Shown here piece after piece: positions 29,156-37,833 of a DNA stretch of 64,000 bases. Both the position numbers and the translations under genes were made by a program. A model generated the notes under the pieces. The model searched no databases. It saw only the letters and a program-made list of their open reading frames with translations, and was not told the DNA's origin. Within the stretch, counting starts at the first letter, position 1; every line of letters starts with the position of its first letter. The stretch comes from Minisyncoccota bacterium (GTDB lineage: Bacteria > Patescibacteriota > Minisyncoccia > JBAYJV01), in contig JBAYJV010000002.1 of NCBI GenBank assembly GCA_041664925.1, forward strand, positions 136,302 to 200,301. Reading direction: 5' to 3'.

Positions 29156-30217
29156 ATGAGCACGAAGAAAACAAAGGTCGCCCAACTCCCTCTTCCCAAG
29201 CACTATGATCCGCAGAATGCCACGAATGCCGATTATAGCGTTCGCGACATAACCCTGCTTCAAACCTGCGCTGAAGCCTGGCGCAAAACTCACAAAATTC
29301 ATCCTGTAAACGATGATGCTAAAAATGTTCAGATGCTTATCATTGATGACCAGGTTGATTTCAGCTTCCCGACAGGGTCCCTTTATGTGGCCGGTCGCTC
29401 AGGCACCGGCGCCATGGATGCCCATCAGAGACTTGTTGAATTCCTTTACCGATACCTCGACTTGATTTCCGGGATTACCTGCACAATGGATACTCACCTG
29501 CCTTATCAGATTTTCTATCCCAGCGCCCACCTTTTGCCGGACGGAAGCCACCCTCAACCCAACACCGTCATTTCTGCCAAGGATTATCGCGACGGAAAGT
29601 ACGAACCTAATCCGGCAATGGCTGCTCAGATTGGTTTGAGTGTGCTTGACCTAAGACGGCAATTCATCCATTACTGCGAACAATTGGAGAAAACCGGCAA
29701 ATACATGCTTTATCTCTGGCCCTATCACTGCATGCTCGGCTCTCCGGGACATCGCTTAGCTGGTGTTGTTGATGAAGTCCGCCTCTTCCATAGTTTTGCG
29801 AGAGGCGCAGCCAACATCCCGGCGATTAAGGGTGGCAATCCTTTGACCGAGCACTACTCGATTTTCTCACCAGAAGTGACAACTCTTTGGGACGGAAGAC
29901 CTATTCCTCAGGCGCAGAAAAATGAGAGACTGATCAAAACTCTCTTTGAAGCAGATGTGGTTATTATGGCGGGACTCGCGTCCAGCCACTGCGTCAAGGA
30001 AAGCATCGCCGATTTCCTGAAAGAAATCAAAGCCCAGGACGAATCCCTGGTAAAGAAAGTTTACATTCTTGAAGACTGCACTGCTGCAGTTGTCATTCCT
30101 TCGGGACCTGATTTTACCGACGATGCGAATAAGGCTTTGAAGGAATTTGAAAACGCCGGAATGCACGTTGTCAGATCAACTGACCTGATCGAATCCTGGC
30201 CTGAAATCAGGCTTTAG
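29156..30217 (+). CDS. pncA: Nicotinamidase-like cysteine hydrolase (PncA/isochorismatase family, long 353-aa form) - paralog 1
   Basis: 'MLIIDDQVDF' (Asp), 'LWPYHCMLGSPGH' (PncA WPxHC signature), 'KGGNPLTEHYSIF', 'IMAGLASSHCVKES' (catalytic Cys). Confidence 0.75.
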   Translation: MSTKKTKVAQLPLPKHYDPQNATNADYSVRDITLLQTCAEAWRKTHKIHPVNDDAKNVQMLIIDDQVDFSFPTGSLYVAGRSGTGAMDAHQRLVEFLYRYLDLISGITCTMDTHLPYQIFYPSAHLLPDGSHPQPNTVISAKDYRDGKYEPNPAMAAQIGLSVLDLRRQFIHYCEQLEKTGKYMLYLWPYHCMLGSPGHRLAGVVDEVRLFHSFARGAANIPAIKGGNPLTEHYSIFSPEVTTLWDGRPIPQAQKNERLIKTLFEADVVIMAGLASSHCVKESIADFLKEIKAQDESLVKKVYILEDCTAAVVIPSGPDFTDDANKALKEFENAGMHVVRSTDLIESWPEIRL

Positions 30218-30288
30218 GAACCAAAAAAAACGGAGGCAGGCAAGAAAGCTTGTCTGCCTCCACTCTCTCAAAAGCAAAGGAGGCTTCT

Positions 30289-31083
30289 GTGAGCGATAGC
30301 GCAAAAAAACTGATTCAGTCGGCTGCGCAGGAAGGCACAATTTCTCCTGCCACAGCAAAAGCTCTGACAGTTCACGACGTAGGTATGGAAATCGAAGCGG
30401 CTTTGGGAGTCAATGTTGACGACGTGAAGTCAACCGAAGTTGTTCTTGTTACCTTCCTGATTGACGATTCGGGCTCCATTGAAGGAGCGGGAAATACCGC
30501 AAATGTCATGCTTGGACACAATCTTGTTCTCGATGCTCTGATGAAAACCAAGCAAAAAAACAACATTCTCGTTCATACAAGAACCCTGAACGGCACGATT
30601 ATAACGCCTTATTGTCTGTTAGAAAATGCTGTTCAGCTTGATGCTTCAAACTATTTCCCTGTTGGCGGCACTCCGCTTTACGATGAGACCGTCGTAATTC
30701 TTGGAACAGTTATTGCTAAAACGGAACAGTTTTCCAAAAACGCCGTTCCAGTAAGAACAGTAACAATCATTATCACCGACAGCTGCGATCTTCATTCTCG
30801 CAAATACCGACGCCCTCAGGATGTGGCACCCATTGTCCAGGATATGTTTAAAACAGAACAGCACATTATTGCCGGTATGGGCATTGATGACCATCAAACC
30901 GATTTCAAAAAAGTTTTCGGCGATATGGGAATTCTGCCCCAGTGGATTCTGACGCCGGACAATGACCCTCACGAAATCCGCAAGGCTTTCCTGATGGTTT
31001 CCCAGTCAGCTACCAAAATCAGCCAGAACGCCCAGGGTTTCGCTCAAGCCAGCCTCGGAGGTTTCGGTAAAACAGCTCCTTAA
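30289..31083 (+). CDS. von Willebrand factor A (vWA) domain protein, TerY-like
   Basis: MIDAS 'LIDDSGSI' (DxSxS), 'GGTPLY' Thr motif, 'ITDSCD'. GTG start after RBS aaggagg; the ORF track begins upstream at a TTG at 30250. Confidence 0.7.
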   Translation: MSDSAKKLIQSAAQEGTISPATAKALTVHDVGMEIEAALGVNVDDVKSTEVVLVTFLIDDSGSIEGAGNTANVMLGHNLVLDALMKTKQKNNILVHTRTLNGTIITPYCLLENAVQLDASNYFPVGGTPLYDETVVILGTVIAKTEQFSKNAVPVRTVTIIITDSCDLHSRKYRRPQDVAPIVQDMFKTEQHIIAGMGIDDHQTDFKKVFGDMGILPQWILTPDNDPHEIRKAFLMVSQSATKISQNAQGFAQASLGGFGKTAP

Positions 31084-31350
31084 TTGTTCTTTGACAAAAT
31101 CAGGGAGGGATTGTGAAAGCATAATCCCTCCCTTTTTCAAAAAATTATTGTCATTATTCTTAAAAACGTTTAAAATCATTGACAAAACGCAAATTTATTA
31201 TAGAATAGTATGTCAGAATGATAAAGCAATTTTAGAAAATTGAAGCGGAAAAATTCGGCTCTAATTTTCTAGCCTTGATTGGTATCGAGGCTAAAGTACC
31301 TAAACAAAGCTCATAAAAAAACAGCGATAAAGGACAAGGAGGTCCAAGAA

Positions 31351-32331
31351 ATGGAAAGAATCGAAAAGGTTGATTATTTGTCAGCTGCTGGTCTGGGAAA
31401 AACCTGTCAGAAAATGCAAGGTGTCAAACCTGCATCTCGAGATCGGATACGAATTGGTTTATTGATTATTGATCCTCAAAACACATTCTGCCACCCAGAA
31501 CTTGCAGAACTTCTGGTGCCTCATGCTTGGGAAGATAATACCAGATTGATGCATTTTATCTTAGATAATATTGCAAGAATCACAGCTATTGACGTTTCTC
31601 TTGACACGCACTCGCCAATGCAGATTTTTCACCCAATCTTCTGGGTGGATAAAGATGGCAATCATCCTGCACCTGGTACCGAGATTACTCACGAAAATGT
31701 TGTAAGAGGTATGTGGCGAATCAATCCAGAAGTTGGCTATAGATTCAGTAGAACTCAGAAATGGCTTGATGATTATGCTCTCTGGTATACCAGCGAACTT
31801 GAAAAAAGAGAAAAAAAACCTTTAATGATCTGGACTTACCACGGAATCTTGGGAAGTTTTGGTCATGCATTAGATTCATCTGTAGAATACGCAATCTTTG
31901 TTCATGAAATGGCCCGCCAGACAACAAGATTCACCATCCTTAAGGGCACTAATCCGTTTACCGAATACTATTCGATCGTTGGTCCGGAAGTAAGTAAAGC
32001 CCACGATGGATCAGTAATAGACAATTTCAACTTTGAGCTAATAAGACGATTCTTGGGGTATGATACTCTGATTATTGCTGGTCAATCTAGAAGCCACTGT
32101 GCTCCTGAGTCTTTAAATGACATTATGAATAATGCTGAGTCTGCTGATGAGTTTGCTCCGAGATCAAAACTAAGAATTGGTAATATTTACTTCCTTGATG
32201 ATTGTAGTTCTTCAATTCCTGGTTTTGAGAAACAGACAAATGAAGCCTTTGCGCGTTTCGCTGCTCGTGGTCTTCACATCGTCAAATCCACCACTCCGAT
32301 GGAGGAGTGGCCCAATATTGAGCTTAACTAA
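31351..32331 (+). CDS. pncA: Nicotinamidase-like cysteine hydrolase (PncA/isochorismatase family) - paralog 2
   Basis: 'LLIIDPQNTF', 'IWTYHGILGSFGH', 'KGTNPFTEYYSIV', 'IIAGQSRSHCAPES'; same architecture as paralog 1; RBS aaggagg before ATG 31351. Confidence 0.75.
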   Translation: MERIEKVDYLSAAGLGKTCQKMQGVKPASRDRIRIGLLIIDPQNTFCHPELAELLVPHAWEDNTRLMHFILDNIARITAIDVSLDTHSPMQIFHPIFWVDKDGNHPAPGTEITHENVVRGMWRINPEVGYRFSRTQKWLDDYALWYTSELEKREKKPLMIWTYHGILGSFGHALDSSVEYAIFVHEMARQTTRFTILKGTNPFTEYYSIVGPEVSKAHDGSVIDNFNFELIRRFLGYDTLIIAGQSRSHCAPESLNDIMNNAESADEFAPRSKLRIGNIYFLDDCSSSIPGFEKQTNEAFARFAARGLHIVKSTTPMEEWPNIELN

Positions 32332-32407
32332 AAGCTTTGAGGCGAGAGAAAAGCTTCTCGCCTCCTTTCTCCGACTACTTAGTAAATATTAGGTGCTCGA
32401 AGTAAGT

Positions 32408-32554
32408 TAGTTCTTTAAAAAATAAATATAAGGCTCTAATACAGGCTTATGCGAAACAAAGCGTAGCCCCAGTACCAGAATTCGCTTCGCTCATTCGGTA
32501 CAGGGCGTAAGAGTTTATAAGTTTCGCTTTGCTCAACAACAAACACTAACGGAG
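32408..32554 (+). promoter_or_regulatory. Conserved structured leader, copy a (…taaggctctaatacaNgcttatgcgaaacaaagNgtagccccNgtacc agaattcgcttcgctcattc ggtacagggcgtaag…ctaacggaggtg)
   Basis: About 90% identical over roughly 110 nt to copies at 35510-35662 (+) and 47385-47510 (-); hairpin cccNgtacc/ggtacaggg; ends in a shared RBS. Confidence 0.6.
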
Positions 32555-32560
32555 GTGCGC

Positions 32561-33205
32561 ATGGAAGGCAAGGTCAGAATCGCTGTTGGCGGTTCTGCCG
32601 CCAACCCCCCTCATCTCGGACATTTGCAAGTATTGAGATTCTTGATTCATACTAAGCAATTTGACAGAATCATCTGGATACCTTGTGGATCAAGAACCGA
32701 TAAAAAAGACCTTGTTGAAGCTTCCCATCGTCTCGCGATGGTAAATCGTTTTATGGAAAGTTTCACTCACAAAGAAATGGAAGTGCTTGATGTACGAGAC
32801 GATGATGTTAGAGGAGACAACACGCCGACAATTGAATGGCTTGAAAGATTAACCAGAGAATTTCCTGATGCGGAGATCTGGTGGTTTACAGGTTCCGATT
32901 CGATTATTCCTCAGAAAAAATTCGGCGGAAAATCTGAAATTGAAGCTTGCTGGATCAGGGGAGAGGAGTTATTGCGCAATTATAACTTCTTAATTCTTGT
33001 CAGACCAGGATATCCGATTCCAAACAATCTCAAGTTTCCAGGCAACATTAAAATTGTCAACACGAATCTTGAAGATGTTTCAAGTTCGGAAACGCGCGAT
33101 CTGATCAAAGAGCAGGATAGCGCCTTTGAAAGACTTGTGCCAAAAAAAGTTGCAGAATACATAAAAGAAAACCATCTTTATGGATGGAAAGGAGATGGAA
33201 AGTGA
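32561..33205 (+). CDS. nadD: Nicotinate/nicotinamide mononucleotide adenylyltransferase (NadD-like)
   Basis: 'GGSAANPPHLGHL' (HxGH) and 'SSSETRDLI' (ISSTxxR) nucleotidyltransferase motifs. Confidence 0.75.
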   Translation: MEGKVRIAVGGSAANPPHLGHLQVLRFLIHTKQFDRIIWIPCGSRTDKKDLVEASHRLAMVNRFMESFTHKEMEVLDVRDDDVRGDNTPTIEWLERLTREFPDAEIWWFTGSDSIIPQKKFGGKSEIEACWIRGEELLRNYNFLILVRPGYPIPNNLKFPGNIKIVNTNLEDVSSSETRDLIKEQDSAFERLVPKKVAEYIKENHLYGWKGDGK

Positions 33206-34449
33206 ATCGTCAGAAAGATAAACCGATCATTACAAGTCTGCTCGACTCTGACTTCTATAAATACACAATGGGACAAGAAAGTTTCCATCGCCACCCAACC
33301 GCACAGGTAACATTCAGCCTAACCAATCGAACAAGATCGGTAAGGCTTGCCGATTGTGTGGATATCGGAAGGCTCAGAGAAGAATTAGACGAAGTTCGTA
33401 AATTGGCTTTTACTATTTCCAATATCCATTACCTGCGCGGCACGGACGAATATGGACAAAGAATGTTTAGGGAAGATTACCTGGAACATTTGAAGGCTCT
33501 GCGACTAGGAGCTTATGACCTCGATGTGGTCGATGGTCAATTCCATCTGGAGTTTTCTGGTCCATGGTCTGTGGTAACTTACTGGGAAACTCTTGCTCTT
33601 TCGATTCTTACGGAACTTTACACTGAGTATCAATTGAGCAAAATGAGTCGACTTGAACAAGATGCTGTTTTAGCTCGCGGATATACTCAACTTCTGGAAA
33701 AAGTTAGGATTCTCAAGAGCTTCCCTGATATAACTCTTACTGATTTTTCATCTCGACGCCGAGCTTTTAGAGAATGGCAAGATTACGTTGTTAGTGTTCT
33801 TATTGAAGAGCTTCCTGGACAATTCCGTGGAACCTCAAATGTCCTTCTCTCAGACAAATATGGTACAGTGCCAATGGGAACTGCGGCTCATGAGCGCGAT
33901 ATGATTATAGCAGGAATTATGAGCGATACTGACGAAGGTATTCTTCGAACAATCCAAATGACACTCGAGAGTTGGTGGGAAGAATACGGAGAAGCACTTT
34001 CTGTCGCTCTACCAGATACGTTCGGCACAGATGCGTTTTTTAGGGCGATGACTGCTGAACAGGCAGCAAAATGGAAGGGATTGAGACAAGATTCAGGAAA
34101 TCCATTTACTTTTGTAGATAAAGTAATCGCTTTCTATAAGAGTCATGGAATCGATCCACAAAAAAAGCTTATAGTTTTTAGTGATGGTTTGGAAATTGAT
34201 AAAATTCTTGCTATCGCAGATTATTGTCGAGGGAAGATTAGGGCAACATTTGGATGGGGAACCAATCTTGGAAACGATCTCGGACTTCAGGCTCTATCCT
34301 TGGTTATTAAGGCAACCCGTGCAAATGGCAAACCACTTGTTAAACTCAGCGATAACCTCGCAAAGGCAATTGGTCCAAAAGACGAAATTGATCGTTACAA
34401 GCGTATCTTCGGATACGATGTGATACTCAACGAACAACCAAAGTACTAA
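33202..34449 (+). CDS. pncB: Nicotinate phosphoribosyltransferase (PncB/NAPRT family)
   Basis: 'SLLDSDFYKYTMGQ' N-terminal NAPRT signature; about 415 aa; start uncertain (ATG 33184 or GTG 33202 after RBS aaaggag). Confidence 0.7.
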   Translation: MNRQKDKPIITSLLDSDFYKYTMGQESFHRHPTAQVTFSLTNRTRSVRLADCVDIGRLREELDEVRKLAFTISNIHYLRGTDEYGQRMFREDYLEHLKALRLGAYDLDVVDGQFHLEFSGPWSVVTYWETLALSILTELYTEYQLSKMSRLEQDAVLARGYTQLLEKVRILKSFPDITLTDFSSRRRAFREWQDYVVSVLIEELPGQFRGTSNVLLSDKYGTVPMGTAAHERDMIIAGIMSDTDEGILRTIQMTLESWWEEYGEALSVALPDTFGTDAFFRAMTAEQAAKWKGLRQDSGNPFTFVDKVIAFYKSHGIDPQKKLIVFSDGLEIDKILAIADYCRGKIRATFGWGTNLGNDLGLQALSLVIKATRANGKPLVKLSDNLAKAIGPKDEIDRYKRIFGYDVILNEQPKY

Positions 34450-34642
34450 AGCTTTGGGGCGAGAGAGAAAAACTTTTCTCGCCCCCTTTCTCCAGTCACT
34501 TATTATTAGGTGATTGAAGGAAGTCTGTTAGTAAGCTCAGGACAAATCCTTCGACAGGCTCAGGATAAATCCTTCGATAAATTTGTGGTTAACATGTCTA
34601 ACCACTCAGGACAAGTCAGTTCTTTAAAAAATAGACAAGGAG

Positions 34643-35377
34643 ATGATAAGAGTGAAAACGATCATGATTAACGGCAAAGAAGTACCCGTAACAGGAGAAA
34701 GCGTTGACCAAGCTATTAATAGTATAATTTTTAAGGATTGGTTGGCATCATTGAATCGACTGTTCGTAATCAAATCAATCCATTTTCAATCAGTTGACAT
34801 TTCTCCTAGGACATCAAGGGTAAAATTTATCAAAGCTAAAATAGAATTAATTGATTGTGATGGAAGTAAATTTACGAACATCATTTTCATGCGTGGCGGT
34901 GCAGTTACAATTCTCTTTGTTATTCATGTGGATAAAGAAGAATTCACAATTTTGACTCGTCAGCCTCGTCTACCCTCAGGATCATTTAGACTATTGGAAA
35001 CTCCTGCCGGTACAATTGACACGAGCGAAACTGCTGTCAAAGTTGCCGTCAGAGAAATTTGGGAAGAAGTGGGTATTAAGATTCGCGAAAATCAATTAAT
35101 AGATCTAACTGCGCACTTTCATGAAAAACGCCATAAGGGTATTTATACATCACCTGGAGCATGTGATGAGTTCCTTCGAATCTTTCTCTGTGAAATCACT
35201 ATGACAGATGGTGAGTTGGAGCAATTAAGAGGAAAACTTACAGGACTTAGAGATGAAGGCGAAAGAATTACCTTGGAGGTTTTTCGCCTAAGAGAACTTC
35301 CTTTTGAAGCTCCTGATGCCAAATCTCTTGCCGCTCTAGCCTTGTATGATGCTTACATACGAGAGCACAGTACTTAG
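34643..35377 (+). CDS. Nudix hydrolase (ADP-ribose / NAD-derivative pyrophosphatase-like)
   Basis: Nudix box 'GTIDTSETAVKVAVREIWEEVGI'. Confidence 0.7.
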   Translation: MIRVKTIMINGKEVPVTGESVDQAINSIIFKDWLASLNRLFVIKSIHFQSVDISPRTSRVKFIKAKIELIDCDGSKFTNIIFMRGGAVTILFVIHVDKEEFTILTRQPRLPSGSFRLLETPAGTIDTSETAVKVAVREIWEEVGIKIRENQLIDLTAHFHEKRHKGIYTSPGACDEFLRIFLCEITMTDGELEQLRGKLTGLRDEGERITLEVFRLRELPFEAPDAKSLAALALYDAYIREHST

Positions 35378-35397
35378 TATAAAAGCACATAAAACAA

Positions 35398-35462
35398 GAG
35401 GCGACTTAAGTCGTCGCCTCCTTTCTTGGATGACTTAGAAAACTAAGTCATCGAAGTAAGTC
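35398..35462 (+). repeat. Identical ~65-nt junction module: terminator gaggcgacttaagtcgtcgcctc + hairpin ATGACTTAGaaaaCTAAGTCAT + cgaagtaag
   Basis: Exact second copy at 36828-36892; related modules at 32336-32400 and 34452-34520, all followed by AGTTCTTTAA. Confidence 0.7.
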
Positions 35463-35509
35463 CTCCGATAGATTCGATTTACTCACTACAAGCTAAACTC
35501 AGGACAAGT

Positions 35510-35662
35510 AGTTCTTTAACAATATAATATAAGGCTCTAATACAAGTTTATGCGAAACAAAGTGTAGCCCCGGTACCAGAATTCGCTTCGCTCATTCGGT
35601 ACAGGGCGTAAGAGCTTCTAAATTTCGTTTCACTCAACAAGAGTCTCTAACGGAGGTGTAAC
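35510..35662 (+). promoter_or_regulatory. Conserved structured leader, copy b
   Basis: See 32408-32554. Confidence 0.6.
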
Positions 35663-36826
35663 ATGCAAATAGTCTACACTGGAGAAAATCTTCCTAAAAA
35701 GATTGTCAAATCTATTTTTCTTGCCGGTCCAACGCCGCGATCAAAAGAAACGAATTCGTGGCGACCGGAAGCCTTAAGAATTCTCGAAGAGAAAGGTTTT
35801 AATGGAACAGTTTTTGTTCCGGAATTCAGAAATCGCGACAAAGAATACGCTGACGATATGGAAGAAAATACTATCTCTTGGGAAGAACAAGCTCTGAATA
35901 TGGCCGATTGTATTCTTTTCTGGATACCGCGAGATCTCAAAACCATGCCGGCTTTCACAACGGATGTTGAGTATGGCGAATGGTTTAAATCAGGCAAGAT
36001 TGTTTTGGGCGCTCCAAAGAATGCTCCCAAAATGAGCTATCTTTTGAAACGCGGACAGAAATATTACATTCCGCAGGCTACAACTCTTGAAAATACTATT
36101 GATATGGCCCTAGCTATGATTGGCAATGGCGCGCTGCGTGTTGAAGGAGAATGCCAGATACCATTACACATCTGGAAAACCGGATCTTTCCAATCGTGGT
36201 ATCAAGCCCAGATTCAAGCAGGCAATCGGCTGCACAGCGCCAAAGCAGAATGGGTATTCAGAGTTGGACCAAAGAAACAAATATTCTTCATTTGGATTCT
36301 CCATGTTGATATATATATCACTGCTGAAGAAAGACACAAGACCAATGAAGTTGTTATCGGCCGTCCCGACATTTCTACGGTCGCTCTGTATATAAGAGCT
36401 GATGACATTATGGATTCTGATATTGTTCTTATTAAAGAGTTTTGCAGTCCTGCTGCGACTGCCGATGGATATGTCTGGGAACCTCCCGGCGGCTCTTCAA
36501 TTAAAGGAGAGTACGATCCCCGAAAGTTAGCAGTAGATGAGGTTTTTGAGGAAACCGGACTTAAGATTAGCCCGGATAGAATCATTTTCAATGGCGCGCG
36601 GCAAATCTATGGAACCTTGTTGTCACATAAGGCATTTCTTTTCTCTGCGGAAATCACTAGAAACGAATTGGATTGGCTTATATCTCAAATTGGCATCGTT
36701 CACGGAGTAGAAAAAGATACTGAAAGAACATATGTGGAAATTGTCAAACTTCGAGATATTTTGAGCCAAGAACTTGTAGATTGGAGCGCATTAGGTATGC
36801 TTTTCGCTGCGCTCACAAAGAAATAA
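35663..36826 (+). CDS. Fusion protein: N-terminal nucleoside 2-deoxyribosyltransferase-like (NDT/Rcl-like Rossmannoid) domain + C-terminal Nudix hydrolase domain
   Basis: N-terminal 'IFLAGPTPRS...W...CILFWIP...EYGEWFKSGKIVLGAP' NDT-like pattern; C-terminal Nudix box 'GGSSIKGEYDPRKLAVDEVFEETGL'. Confidence 0.6.
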   Translation: MQIVYTGENLPKKIVKSIFLAGPTPRSKETNSWRPEALRILEEKGFNGTVFVPEFRNRDKEYADDMEENTISWEEQALNMADCILFWIPRDLKTMPAFTTDVEYGEWFKSGKIVLGAPKNAPKMSYLLKRGQKYYIPQATTLENTIDMALAMIGNGALRVEGECQIPLHIWKTGSFQSWYQAQIQAGNRLHSAKAEWVFRVGPKKQIFFIWILHVDIYITAEERHKTNEVVIGRPDISTVALYIRADDIMDSDIVLIKEFCSPAATADGYVWEPPGGSSIKGEYDPRKLAVDEVFEETGLKISPDRIIFNGARQIYGTLLSHKAFLFSAEITRNELDWLISQIGIVHGVEKDTERTYVEIVKLRDILSQELVDWSALGMLFAALTKK

Positions 36827-36827
36827 G

Positions 36828-36892
36828 CGCTTGAGGCGACTTAAGTCGTCGCCTCCTTTCTTGGATGACTTAGAAAACTAAGTCATCGAAGT
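36828..36892 (+). repeat. Junction module, exact copy of 35398-35462
   Basis: Identical sequence. Confidence 0.7.
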
Positions 36893-37016
36893 AAGAAGTT
36901 CTTTAACAAATAATCCTCCTTCGCCCCGGCTTGCCGGGGCTTCGGAAGGATGTAATATTTTCTAAATCTCGTTTCTCTCGGTAAGAAAATCTAACAAACA
37001 CTAACGGAGGTGTAAG

Positions 37017-37832
37017 ATGCAAGGAAAAATCGTCTATTCTGTTATTTTCCCCGAACCAGGTTCTCTTGGAAAAGAAAGGTCAGATGATGTCAGAAAATGG
37101 CTAGAAGAATTCTTGATCCCAGCTGGCATTGCAACTCTCTATGAAGACGAAGCTAATGCCTATCTGGTCGCAACTGGTGATGGTGGTCTCATAAGAGCTA
37201 TTCGTGAAAAACATAATAAAGGAAAGATTTTTGTCGGGGCTAACCGCGGAACTTTAGGTTTCTTACTAAATCCTATCCAGAAAATTAAAGATATCCCTTT
37301 GGATTTCAATGAATTACAACTAGTCGACCTTGATCTTATTCAGGTAACATTTATTCTAAAAGATGGCTCAAAAGTTGGACCATTTTTAGTGTTTAATGAT
37401 GTCATGTGCGGTACCAAACCCGCCGGCTGGATTAAATTCACTATTCAGGGATCATTGAGCTATTATCCTAACAGAACCTGCTGGGGAAATTGCGTTTTTG
37501 TGTCAACGCCTCAGGGAGCCACAGGACTGGCACTTAAAGCTCGAGGGACTGGAGCGGTTCTGCCACTTGATAGTAAAACCTGGTTTGTTGGCGGATTCGC
37601 GATCGGACCTTATCCTTGCGATATTGTTCAGCCTCAGAAAATCACGATTGAGGTTGAGTCCAGAGAGGATCCTATTTACGCTAATGCTGACGGACGTGCT
37701 AGAGAAGTTGAAAATGTCGCAAAAGTCATCGTTGAGCCAACAGATAAATCCGTAACCTTAGGATTCTTAAAAAGTATCGACTTTGCGGCACGAAGAACTC
37801 AATTAGCCCAAAAAACGGAAAGGGGTGAGTAA
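37017..37832 (+). CDS. nadK: NAD kinase-like (ATP-NAD kinase family)
   Basis: 'VATGDGGLIRA' (GGDG), 'NRGTLGFL' (NxGxxGFL), 'STPQGATGLALKARG' motifs. Confidence 0.7.
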   Translation: MQGKIVYSVIFPEPGSLGKERSDDVRKWLEEFLIPAGIATLYEDEANAYLVATGDGGLIRAIREKHNKGKIFVGANRGTLGFLLNPIQKIKDIPLDFNELQLVDLDLIQVTFILKDGSKVGPFLVFNDVMCGTKPAGWIKFTIQGSLSYYPNRTCWGNCVFVSTPQGATGLALKARGTGAVLPLDSKTWFVGGFAIGPYPCDIVQPQKITIEVESREDPIYANADGRAREVENVAKVIVEPTDKSVTLGFLKSIDFAARRTQLAQKTERGE

Positions 37833-37833
37833 A

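Noticed and set aside
29063-30166. Antisense ORFs 29063..29302 (-) and 29867..30166 (-) inside the kinase/PncA genes
   Set aside because: Fully embedded antisense to well-supported coding regions; typical GC-rich shadow ORFs
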